64,000 nucleotides of DNA from a virus: positions 1-64,000 of the IMG/VR virus record IMGVR_UViG_3300030419_006839; one strand, given 5' to 3'. Below are positions 27,401 to 35,485 of this stretch, piece after piece (the stretch's first letter is position 1; every line of letters starts with the position of its first letter). The position numbers and the translations under genes were made by a program. Below the pieces are notes generated by a model, which was not told the origin of the DNA, did not search any database, and was given only the letters and a program-made list of their open reading frames with translations.

Positions 27401-30400
27401 GATTTGGTGTTTGGGATAGTACGAAAATAAAAATTGTTAATTATGAGGCAGCAGATGCTGCAGATTTACGGTTGTCCAATAGGTATGAAAATCCTATTTT
27501 CTTTGAAACTAATGATACAGTTAGGGGTTGTTTTACTTCTACTGGTTTAGTCGTTGCTGGTGTAACTTGCTCTACAACTTCTGTAAATTCACCTATTGTT
27601 TGTGCTACAAGTTGTTTACAGGCATATAAAGTTTGTCCAACTTATATGCTTCATATGGATGATTGTACGAATTTAGGAGCATCAAAAAGATTTTTCTGTA
27701 TGTACTGGAAACCTAGAGTTACGGCTGCTAGTGGAAATCTTTACAATATAGGGTCGCATATAACTGGTGAGTATGGTGTTCAGAGTGGTTGTACTCATTG
27801 TGGTTATGATGTTGGTATGGCAATTCAGAGATTGGGTGGGGATCAACTTGAAGGAACTGTTGTTAATGCTTCAGCTTTGTACACTCAATTTGGTCATTAT
27901 AGTGATGTTACAGGAACTACTTGTTGTTCATATGGCATTTGTATAGAACCATATTATTATGGGGGAACTGTAACTCATGGGTATGCTATATATATTAAAG
28001 CACCAGTTACAGGTGGAACTATAACAAATCAGTATGGTCTTTATGTAGATGGTTCTAGTGCATGTAATTACTTTGCTGGCAACGTAGGAATCGGATGTAC
28101 TTCACCAGCAGTACCACTTCATGTTTCTGGTGTAACTTGTTCTTCTTGGTTTTGTGCTGATACTGGTGTTTGTTTCAAATCTAGTAGTGCTTGTATTTCT
28201 CTCAATCAGCATTACTTTGATACGAGGGGTGCTTCTGGTGCTTGGTGTGGAATTTCTGCTATATTTAGAACAGCAGCTGGTAATGACCCCAATAATAAAT
28301 GGGTTGCAATAGGAGCAACTAACGATCATGGTTGGTTAAGTTTTGCCTCTGGTGCAAATAAACATTTGGTATTGTGTTCAGATGGAAAAATAGGAATCGG
28401 AACTACTTCGCCTGGTGCAGAGTTAGAAGTTAATGGTGAAGTTTTGTTACCTAACAATAAGGGCATTCTATTCAAAGACAGTTCTTCATCAACTCTAGGT
28501 ATTAAGTCAGACACAAGTGATAGATTGACATTTAGATCTGGTGGTAATTGGGATCGAATGGTCATTGATTCTGGTGGAAAAGTAGGAATAGGAACTACTT
28601 CACCACAAAGACAACTTCATGTACATTGTTCTAGTTCTTCTTGGGATCAGTGTGCATCTCTTAGGTTATCATCCGAAAATGTAACCAATTTTTACGGAGA
28701 AGTTCAGTTTCATAGAGGTACTTCCGATACTTCTGATATGGGATTGAATTTATTAGTTAGTAATTCTGGAAGTGAAAATTTAACTCCCAAACTCCATGTA
28801 AATGTTGATGGCAACGTAGGAATCGGAACTACTACGCCAGATGAAGCATTGACTGTTGGTGGATCACATAACAATCCCATTGGAACTTATTTTGGTGGAG
28901 AAAAACAATTCCGAATTTATCAAGATGCAGCTGGTGCAGTTGTCGGTATTGGTGATAATTTGGCATCTGAGACAGATATAATTCGTTTTGATGGTAGGAA
29001 TTCATCTCAACCTTCTTGGTTTAATGGTGGTAATGTAGGAATTGGAGAGACTAATCCAAGCAGGAATCTTGAAGTTGCAATGGGTGGAGTTAATGAACCA
29101 GCAATAAACATAAAAGGGTCTACTCATTCATCTTGGACGGATCGAGCTACTATTGGATTTAATTATAATGGATCTGATACTGGTTTTATTATAGGAAGTG
29201 GTTTGGGTGATGCAACTAAAGACTTTTATATTTGGGATGTTTATGACGGTGCATCTAGATTTTTTATAGATACTGATGGCAACGTAGGAATAGGAACTAC
29301 TTCACCAGCAGTCAAACTTGATATAGATCAAAATGGAAATCCAAGTGGAAGTGTAGATGTTTTAAGAATACAAAATAGTGATGGTGCTGGTTTTGGGGAA
29401 GAACATAGGATTAAATGGAAGATTGACACTAGAGATATAGCATACATAGGTGCATCATATTTGACAGATACCAATGGCGGTGGAATAACTTTTGCAACTC
29501 GTCAAGGTGGAACTGTTACTGAAACGATGAGATTGGATGAGAATGGCAACGTAGGAATCGGAGTTGTTACACCCAATGCTTTATTACAAGTTAATGGCAG
29601 AGTTACTGCTGGTTATGATGTAGATAATCATGGTCGAGTTACTATTGGTTCGGGGTCTGCTGTAGATGAACTTTTGTCTTTATCTGTTCAAGGTGGTAGT
29701 GGAAGTACACAAGGTAAAGGTTGTATAGGTTTCAGGCAATCTCCTACTAAGACACATCCATCTGTTAGTCTTGATTTTGAAGAATATGACACAGGCGACC
29801 ATATGGGTACTTTTGGTATATCTGTAACTCAATCTAATGCAGATGTCGCACCTACTAGAGCTTTGACTGTGAAAGGTACTGGTAGTGTAGGAATCGGAAC
29901 TACTTCACCAGATACATTACTTCATGTTTGTCAGGCAGGTCAGACTACTTTAGTTAGAACAGAAACGGCAGCCAATTCAACTACTGGATTTGACATCAAG
30001 AAAACTGGATCAACTACACAACATTGGAGGATTGCAGACGGACAGACTACTAATGGGAAATTAGAGTTTTACGATGTAACAGATAGTCGTTCTATTATGA
30101 CATTTGATGGTGCTGGCGAAGTAGGAATCGGAACTACTTCACCAGAATCAAAATTACATGTCATAGATTCTAGTACTTCGACACAACTCAGGTTAAATCA
30201 ATCAGGGGATAATGATGCCTTGATTGGTTCTGGTACTGGATATTTCCAAATCAAAACTGGAGATGCTGGTGCAAATAATGCATTAACTATTTTACATAGT
30301 AATCAGAATGTAGGAATAGGAACTACTGATCCAAAAAATGTTTTGCATGTCAAGCAAGCTGCTGACGGAAATTACTATGAGGGTGGAATTCAGGTTGGTG

Positions 30401-31152
30401 GCACTACTGATGCTTTAGGTGGAATATTTGGATATAGTGGTTTAGGATCAGGTCGTGTCAACATTTCCAATCTCAATAATGCTGGTGGTACTGCTTCTAC
30501 AATAAAATTTGGATTTGGTGCTATTACTTCTGGATCTCCAGCCAGTACTATGATGACTGTGAATCAGTTGGGTAATGTAGGGATTGGAACTACTGATCCA
30601 GGCTCTAGGTTGCATGTAAATGGTACTTCTGCCGATAATAATGGCATTAGACTTTCATATAATAGTTGGGCTGCAAATGGATTTAAGATAGAGCAAGATT
30701 CATCTACTGCTCACTTGATGTTTAGATATATGTCTGGTTCTAGTATTGGTTGTACGATGTTGAAGATTACTTATAATGGTGATGCTGTATGTGCCTCTGG
30801 TGATGTTGTTGCATATGCCTTCTCTGATTGTAGAATCAAAAATAATTTAAAACTCATTAGTTGTCCAATTGATAAAATAAAAGTAATTTCTGGTTATGAG
30901 TTTGATTGGAATACCAAAGAACAGAGTGTATACGAAGGAAATGATGTTGGGGTTATCGCACAAGAAGTTGAAAAGGTTTTACCGCAAATTGTATGTACCA
31001 GAGACACTGGATATAAAGCAATTAAGTATGAAAAAATTGTACCATTATTAATCGAAGCAACCAAAGAGCAACAGTGTACTATCGAAAAACAACAAAGACA
31101 AATAGATACCTTGACATGTCAGGTAGAATTGTTACTAAAAAGGTGTGCGTAG
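24481..31152 (+). CDS. Long modular tail fibre (distal-type) with C-terminal peptidase S74 intramolecular chaperone
   Basis: About 22 GNVGIGTTSP-type motifs; SDCRIK...GYEFDW...DVGVIAQEVEKVLP...YEKIVPLLIEA followed by coiled coil. Confidence 0.9.
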   Translation: MAKDVLITPASGKIELKDDNVTNVYISEGNVGIGTADPDSILHVQNGSAGTVDAYSNSTLVLEASTDNNFINMLSPDAKNQGILFGDATQNWNGQIQYNHNGNYMAFYTNQSEQIRITSGGSVGIGTASPSEQLHLLAPTGGSSSLRIDSCADGAELQLNDIAGTVTGMWTLKNRNGDGRFGISTGSGDGTDAFVITTDGEVGIGTTSPSHALHVQGSGDTVFRLVKAGNGNLYTRRGSDSVDFISASGTSTKRDIKFIGASDISSSETTHMIIEGDSGNVGIGTASPLEKLTIGGGTGDGDTYNSVIRFDRTSSTGNVLASNIVFDDQDTNWGDLKFRMKTTASSGEDAGYWTDALTIEGRYGNVGIGTTAPQSILDIKGGDTSGQTLGTEITIHHNNNNTNDNIGRITFRNNSADDLAAIQAYTVGANTQGELSFWIDNDEKVRIDNDGKVGIGETSPTTQLDIRTANCAIFWCNSTHGCFISRDGSNYPRFTHNNGSAQLGLFRAGTSNQGGMYVGADDGGFYVWSDAFAKRFCVCATSNIATTNIFCGTTSVNTPLLNASGQTPIKITGDADAAFICFTGGASDDWLVGTVNSLAGFGFKNTTDDEYRFFIGDDGKVSIGSTSSSYPLQVITNISGGTTPQIVARDLGTSDATIGFQIASAANWSIGIDNSDSDKFKIATGLDVGTTPRMTIDTSGNVGIGTTSPDTKLNIDGGTGSQSTGLSFGDGDTGFYEHSDDSLWFFSAGVSRWKSDSVYMMSTTTGDKASIVNEVASGTNPVFTFYGDTDTGIGKYAADKLSLIAGGTNTVTVANGCVGIGTTSPSDKLHVKSASNVIVDIEAGTESTNHYSMLRMTPTGTQNSYLRFGGNFYSQNLSGTDFLTILSGGNVGIGCASPAYKLDVCGSNDLVRFRSTSDSASDSVLRMENNSGTALFNMRGSGLLCLSGNVGIGKTPSYALDIDGTFRGTSKDLRFGVWDSTKIKIVNYEAADAADLRLSNRYENPIFFETNDTVRGCFTSTGLVVAGVTCSTTSVNSPIVCATSCLQAYKVCPTYMLHMDDCTNLGASKRFFCMYWKPRVTAASGNLYNIGSHITGEYGVQSGCTHCGYDVGMAIQRLGGDQLEGTVVNASALYTQFGHYSDVTGTTCCSYGICIEPYYYGGTVTHGYAIYIKAPVTGGTITNQYGLYVDGSSACNYFAGNVGIGCTSPAVPLHVSGVTCSSWFCADTGVCFKSSSACISLNQHYFDTRGASGAWCGISAIFRTAAGNDPNNKWVAIGATNDHGWLSFASGANKHLVLCSDGKIGIGTTSPGAELEVNGEVLLPNNKGILFKDSSSSTLGIKSDTSDRLTFRSGGNWDRMVIDSGGKVGIGTTSPQRQLHVHCSSSSWDQCASLRLSSENVTNFYGEVQFHRGTSDTSDMGLNLLVSNSGSENLTPKLHVNVDGNVGIGTTTPDEALTVGGSHNNPIGTYFGGEKQFRIYQDAAGAVVGIGDNLASETDIIRFDGRNSSQPSWFNGGNVGIGETNPSRNLEVAMGGVNEPAINIKGSTHSSWTDRATIGFNYNGSDTGFIIGSGLGDATKDFYIWDVYDGASRFFIDTDGNVGIGTTSPAVKLDIDQNGNPSGSVDVLRIQNSDGAGFGEEHRIKWKIDTRDIAYIGASYLTDTNGGGITFATRQGGTVTETMRLDENGNVGIGVVTPNALLQVNGRVTAGYDVDNHGRVTIGSGSAVDELLSLSVQGGSGSTQGKGCIGFRQSPTKTHPSVSLDFEEYDTGDHMGTFGISVTQSNADVAPTRALTVKGTGSVGIGTTSPDTLLHVCQAGQTTLVRTETAANSTTGFDIKKTGSTTQHWRIADGQTTNGKLEFYDVTDSRSIMTFDGAGEVGIGTTSPESKLHVIDSSTSTQLRLNQSGDNDALIGSGTGYFQIKTGDAGANNALTILHSNQNVGIGTTDPKNVLHVKQAADGNYYEGGIQVGGTTDALGGIFGYSGLGSGRVNISNLNNAGGTASTIKFGFGAITSGSPASTMMTVNQLGNVGIGTTDPGSRLHVNGTSADNNGIRLSYNSWAANGFKIEQDSSTAHLMFRYMSGSSIGCTMLKITYNGDAVCASGDVVAYAFSDCRIKNNLKLISCPIDKIKVISGYEFDWNTKEQSVYEGNDVGVIAQEVEKVLPQIVCTRDTGYKAIKYEKIVPLLIEATKEQQCTIEKQQRQIDTLTCQVELLLKRCA
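24565..30600 (+). repeat. Dispersed ~30-bp repeat (GGCAACGTAGGAATCGGAACTACTTCACCA consensus) separating unrelated fibre modules
   Basis: Copies at e.g. 24841, 25078, 25315, 25570, 26578, 26926, 28078, 28576, 28810, 29278, 29545, 29881, 30115, 30571. Confidence 0.85.
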
Positions 31153-32265
31153 ATGAGTTATTTTACAACAAATAATTGCTATGATTGTTGTTTGTTATAT
31201 CCTAAATATAATCACATTTATACGCCATATAACGATACAAACTATCACGAAGCATTAGCATCTTCTGGAGCAATAAGTTTGGGAACTACTGCTGGAACAG
31301 ATAGAAGTATATCTGGTGAGTTTGGTGGTAGTACTCCTCATGCATTATCAGAATACTATGGAGTTGCTAGTGGTATACCATCATCTGGTACAATAGATTT
31401 TTCTGATTTTCATGGAAAATCAGCAGCAAATGAGGAGTTTCGTTGGTTGTATCTTCAAAGTGGAGGTACTACTGACCGTCAAAGTTGTATATGTTGTGCT
31501 ATTCTTTGTACATATAAGTGTTGTATTCATCCATCAAGTAGTTCTTTACATAATTGTCTTGAAAAATTAGATGTATACTTTAGTACAAACCACATAACTA
31601 TTGGTGGTATGCTTGCTCAATGTTATTCTGCTGGATGTGATTATACTGCAATACTTTTTGCTGGAAATGTAGATATGGTAAAAACTGGTTTTAGCGAGTG
31701 TTTATGTTGTGCTGTTAAAACTCATGGTACGGGTTTTGTTACTGGTATGTGGGTAGGTGGACTTCACAATTATGGATTTTGGAGTACAGATTCTTCTAAT
31801 TGTAATGACTGCTATCTTGATGATTTTAGATTAGTTGCTCCTAATGGTAGTAATAGCAATACATGTGCTCCCTATTCAAATATATGGAGTGGTTTTACAG
31901 ATGTTGATTTATCTAGTCATTCCGCTTCTACACACTCAATTTTGTGTAATGTTTGCTGTCTTTCTGGTATTGATGGTAAGACTTCACATAATTGTTGTTT
32001 CTGTTTGAATAGTTGCACTACTGATGGTAGTAGTACAAATTGGGTGTGTACAGGTTCAGTACATAGTGTTTGTGGTGGGAAGATGTTTGTATATGGAGAT
32101 CCTTGTAGTAAGTTTTCTGGTGCTGGTAGGCAAGTATCCCTTAATTTACAACTTGATCATGATGGTTTTGGACTTTGTGGAATTACAGTATGGGATAATT
32201 CTGATTATGGTGGTAGTAGGTTAGTAACGAATTCCCTTATATGGGCATCGAGAGGTGCTTTATGA
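31153..32265 (+). CDS. Cysteine-rich fibre-tip adhesin-like protein
   Basis: ASSGAISL...EFGGSTPHALSEYY...GIPSSGTIDFSDFHGKS domain typical of genes following S74 fibres; 29 Cys in 370 aa by hand count. Confidence 0.65.
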   Translation: MSYFTTNNCYDCCLLYPKYNHIYTPYNDTNYHEALASSGAISLGTTAGTDRSISGEFGGSTPHALSEYYGVASGIPSSGTIDFSDFHGKSAANEEFRWLYLQSGGTTDRQSCICCAILCTYKCCIHPSSSSLHNCLEKLDVYFSTNHITIGGMLAQCYSAGCDYTAILFAGNVDMVKTGFSECLCCAVKTHGTGFVTGMWVGGLHNYGFWSTDSSNCNDCYLDDFRLVAPNGSNSNTCAPYSNIWSGFTDVDLSSHSASTHSILCNVCCLSGIDGKTSHNCCFCLNSCTTDGSSTNWVCTGSVHSVCGGKMFVYGDPCSKFSGAGRQVSLNLQLDHDGFGLCGITVWDNSDYGGSRLVTNSLIWASRGAL

Positions 32266-32510
32266 TTACAATAAATATACCAGAAAAAGTATACGGAATA
32301 GAATTAAGTGAAGTTGAGATTGTAGAATATAGTAAGGATTATTTTTCAAGTTTTCCAAACAACGATTGTTCTCTTGAAATTGTATATGTTTTATCAAAAA
32401 ACGGAACTAGGGTAGGAAATCATGGTGTTCGTTATTTAAATAAAATTGATAAAGATTTTGATGAAGAAGTTCTCAAAGGATTTTTTATAGATGGGTTTAA
32501 TAATATATAA
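32262..32510 (+). CDS. Hypothetical protein (fibre-associated)
   Basis: GAGGTG RBS and ATGA overlap suggest start at 32262 rather than 32241. Confidence 0.55.
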   Translation: MITINIPEKVYGIELSEVEIVEYSKDYFSSFPNNDCSLEIVYVLSKNGTRVGNHGVRYLNKIDKDFDEEVLKGFFIDGFNNI

Positions 32511-32595
32511 TTGGATTAAAATTTAAAAAAGTAGTAAAAAACCTCAGTAAAATTATGTTATAAGGTTAAGTAATATTTTATTGGAGGTATTTAGG

Positions 32596-32925
32596 ATGTC
32601 GAATTTGGATCTAACTCAAGATGAGTTAGTAGAAGCAAAAACGCATATAAATTTAATTCAAAAATCGTATAGAAAATTAGAGTCTGCACAATATGCAGTA
32701 AGAGAATTGGAAGGTGATTTTAGGGATTTAATTACATTACATATTCAACAAAAAGGAGGAGATCCTGAGTTGCAATATAATTTAAACACTGATACGGGAT
32801 CTTTAGAACCTGTACAACAAGATCAGTTGGAAGAAGGTAGTCAAAATGGAAATATGCCTTCAGAGGAATCTCTTGATCCAAGCGGTAACTTTCAGTTTGG
32901 AGAAGATGAAGCTGAAGAAGTATAG
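32596..32925 (+). CDS. Hypothetical protein, coiled coil with acidic tail
   Basis: GGAGG RBS before ATG 32596. Confidence 0.6.
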   Translation: MSNLDLTQDELVEAKTHINLIQKSYRKLESAQYAVRELEGDFRDLITLHIQQKGGDPELQYNLNTDTGSLEPVQQDQLEEGSQNGNMPSEESLDPSGNFQFGEDEAEEV

Positions 32926-32968
32926 ATATATTAACAACCACGAAAGTGTAAAATAAAGAGGTGATGAA

Positions 32969-33277
32969 ATGGCTTTTACAGCAACAGTAACTGCTTTTGG
33001 GCATGAGTTTAATTCTGCTTATGTTACAGTGAATGAAGCAAACTTAGAATACCGATTAAATGATTTTGAAAATGGAACTGAATCTACTAACCTTAGAGTA
33101 AGTTACAAGGTTTATGTTAATCAAACAGCAAAAGAAGCAGGTGGAGAACCAATTTTAAATAATTGGATTGATAAGTCTGCAGATGATTCTACCGATATAG
33201 TTGACGGTGATTTAAAATCATTAGCAACAGGTATGGTTAAAGCAGAAGAAATTTTTAGTAATATAGCAGATGTATAA
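32969..33277 (+). CDS. Small fibre-associated hypothetical protein
   Basis: GAGGTG RBS; intact ORF in the fibre cluster. Confidence 0.6.
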   Translation: MAFTATVTAFGHEFNSAYVTVNEANLEYRLNDFENGTESTNLRVSYKVYVNQTAKEAGGEPILNNWIDKSADDSTDIVDGDLKSLATGMVKAEEIFSNIADV

Positions 33278-33299
33278 ATAACATCTGAAAGGAACTTTA

Positions 33300-34205
33300 A
33301 TGGAAAATGATAAAATTATTTTCCACGTAAATGGTGGCATTGGTAAAAATATTGCTGCAACAGCAGTAATTAAGGCTATTAAGAAAAAGTATGACTTACC
33401 GATAACTGTAGTAACTGGTTGGTCAGAGATGTTTAAGATTGACCCAAATGTAGAAAAAGTATATAAGTTTGGGTCAACTCAATATTTTTATGAAGATTAT
33501 ATAAAGCGTGGGAACCCTATAATTTTTGCTCAAGAACCTTATTTATCTACTCAACATATTGTTGAAAGAAAACCTTTAAGGCAGTCTTGGATTGAGATGC
33601 TTGGTATGGAGTTTGATAATGAAATGCCAGAGTTGCACTTTAATTTTAGACATCATCAACTTATTGAGCAAAATTACCAAAGAGATAAACCAACTATTGT
33701 GATTCATTCAAATGGAGGAGCAGTAGATCCAGAAGGAAAGAGGGTGTATTCTTGGGCTAGGGATATGCCCCATAATCTAGTTCAGAGATTAGTTGACAGA
33801 TTAAAAAATAAATATCATATTTTTCAAATTTGTTATAATCAAAAACAATTAGCAAAGGGTGCAGAAGTTGTACAGGGGCTAACAGAAATGGAAGCATTTG
33901 CTTTAGTAAAACAATCTAAAGGTAGAATTTTAATAGATAGTTGTATCCAACATGCTTGTGGTGCAATGAATCTACCTTCTACTGTATTGTGGATTGGCAA
34001 TGATCCAAAGATTTGGTCTTATGAGATGCACGACCACATAACTCCTTGTATTGAGCCTAAATTTAACGCTCCAGCGAATGATTTGTATCAGAGGTATGAT
34101 ATAGCTGGATCAACAGATGAATACCCTTATGATACGGATGAGATTTTCGATATTGAAGCAATTATTTCTTCCGTAGAAAAGCAAATAAATCAGAGTGGCA
34201 CTTAG
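33300..34205 (+). CDS. GT-B fold glycosyltransferase, GT9 (heptosyltransferase)-like
   Basis: GGIGKNIAATAVIKAIK, DPNV, ILIDSCIQHACGAMNLPSTVLW. Confidence 0.78.
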   Translation: MENDKIIFHVNGGIGKNIAATAVIKAIKKKYDLPITVVTGWSEMFKIDPNVEKVYKFGSTQYFYEDYIKRGNPIIFAQEPYLSTQHIVERKPLRQSWIEMLGMEFDNEMPELHFNFRHHQLIEQNYQRDKPTIVIHSNGGAVDPEGKRVYSWARDMPHNLVQRLVDRLKNKYHIFQICYNQKQLAKGAEVVQGLTEMEAFALVKQSKGRILIDSCIQHACGAMNLPSTVLWIGNDPKIWSYEMHDHITPCIEPKFNAPANDLYQRYDIAGSTDEYPYDTDEIFDIEAIISSVEKQINQSGT

Positions 34206-34230
34206 TAAAGAGTTGCCACTCTTTTTTTTT
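34192..34230 (+). terminator. Rho-independent terminator
   Basis: AGAGTGGCA (34192-34200)/TGCCACTCT (34214-34222) stem followed by a T-run. Confidence 0.8.
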
Positions 34231-34241
34231 GTGAGAAAATA

Positions 34242-34270
34242 TTGAAAATTTAGTGTATATAATATAAAAT
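34242..34270 (+). promoter_or_regulatory. Sigma70-like promoter for the tail operon
   Basis: TTGAAA-N17-TAAAAT just after the terminator; GGAGG RBS before ATG 34301. Confidence 0.45.
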
Positions 34271-34300
34271 TAAGGTTAAATACTCTATAGGAGGTTTAAA

Positions 34301-35476
34301 ATGGCTTATTTTGGGAATGAAAGTAAAGTTTTTATAAAAAAACAAGCACATGAAAATAATGCAGTAGTTACTACTTATAAAACCTTTGTAAATCCAATTT
34401 CCGCTGATCAGAGGTTAGTTTTTAATAGTGGAATTATCAATGAAAATGTTTCTTTTATTGAGAGGGATGTTGTTACTGGTGATAGACAATATATTTCACA
34501 AGATGTTTTTAGAGATAGAAGTAGTTTTTCTGGTAGTTTTTCAGTACCGCTTACCGATCCTAATGCAACTAATAATTTAGCATTTAAAACTTTACTAGAA
34601 AGTGCTATGGGAAATGTAGATATTTTTACTGTTACTGCTTCTCCTGATAAAAAATACTACACATTAAGTAATTCTAATGATGTTTTGGGAAAATCTTCTG
34701 GTGGTGCTCAAACAGAAGGTACACCAAGATTTTCTGGTTTTTCTATTGGTATAGAATTACCTGGAGCACATACTTCCGCACAATCTCATAGGCAAATTAC
34801 TGGAGCATTAGTTAATTCTATGTCTTATTCTTTAAATGTATCTGGTATAACTAATGTTGAATTCGGAATTATAGCTAATTCTATGTCTTATCCTAGTGGT
34901 GGTGAAGCAATAGCAAAATCTAATGTAGCTCTTCCTAGTTTACATAGAACTGGAGGATATAAATCTTCTATTTCAATAAACGATGCATCCACTGTCGATT
35001 CTACTCTTTTTGGGAATAGTCTTTATACACAGAGTGGTACTGATGATTTTAATTTTACTACAGCAACACCTACAAATTCTAATACAACACTTCAAGTAAC
35101 TGATTTTTCTTTTAATCTTGAAAATGGAATAGAACTTCTTGACATGGTAGAAGGTACAGATAATCAAGGAGTTCCATATTATTCATCACCTAGAAGAATA
35201 ACTGGAAGCTTAAGTGTTCTTTGGAACGATGCTGCGAAATTACTAGCTGGTAGAATATTGGGTAGTTCACCAAATGCAGATATAAAAAGAGCATCCATAA
35301 TACATACAGTAAATGTTTCTACTAGTACAACAATAGATTTTGTCTTCCCTAGTGTTCATTTTGATCAAGGTGGTTTGCAAGATTTAAGTCCAGATCAATT
35401 AACAGCAACTTTTAATTTTGTAGCCTATCAAACATCAAGTGGAATGAATAACGAATTTTTTATTCAATCATCATAG
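34301..35476 (+). CDS. Tail tube protein (paralogue 3)
   Basis: GNESKVFI, FSGSFSV, TGALVNSMSYS, DFSFNLENGI, RRITGSLSV, ATFNFVAYQ match 15163. Confidence 0.72.
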   Translation: MAYFGNESKVFIKKQAHENNAVVTTYKTFVNPISADQRLVFNSGIINENVSFIERDVVTGDRQYISQDVFRDRSSFSGSFSVPLTDPNATNNLAFKTLLESAMGNVDIFTVTASPDKKYYTLSNSNDVLGKSSGGAQTEGTPRFSGFSIGIELPGAHTSAQSHRQITGALVNSMSYSLNVSGITNVEFGIIANSMSYPSGGEAIAKSNVALPSLHRTGGYKSSISINDASTVDSTLFGNSLYTQSGTDDFNFTTATPTNSNTTLQVTDFSFNLENGIELLDMVEGTDNQGVPYYSSPRRITGSLSVLWNDAAKLLAGRILGSSPNADIKRASIIHTVNVSTSTTIDFVFPSVHFDQGGLQDLSPDQLTATFNFVAYQTSSGMNNEFFIQSS

Positions 35477-35485
35477 GATAAAATC

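Noticed and set aside
24565-30600. CRISPR array suggested by repeat-spacer pattern
   Set aside because: Spacers are hundreds of bp and variable, repeats are degenerate, in frame and protein-coding; no cas genes
31150-31155. TAG recoding or readthrough (TAG-ATG in frame here; in-frame neighbours also at 4501/4508 and 35476/35486)
   Set aside because: Multi-kb ORFs are intact under the standard code, downstream genes have their own RBS-like sequences, and other TAG stops would run into neighbours
25890-32265. TGT reassigned to another amino acid as explanation for Cys excess
   Set aside because: TGT encodes clearly functional Cys in RNR, primase zinc finger, Hint and zinc hook; excess is local
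10007-32265. Diversity-generating retroelement or invertase shufflon acting on fibres
   Set aside because: No reverse transcriptase or recombinase in the window, no template/variable pair with adenine-specific differences, and repeats are direct not inverted
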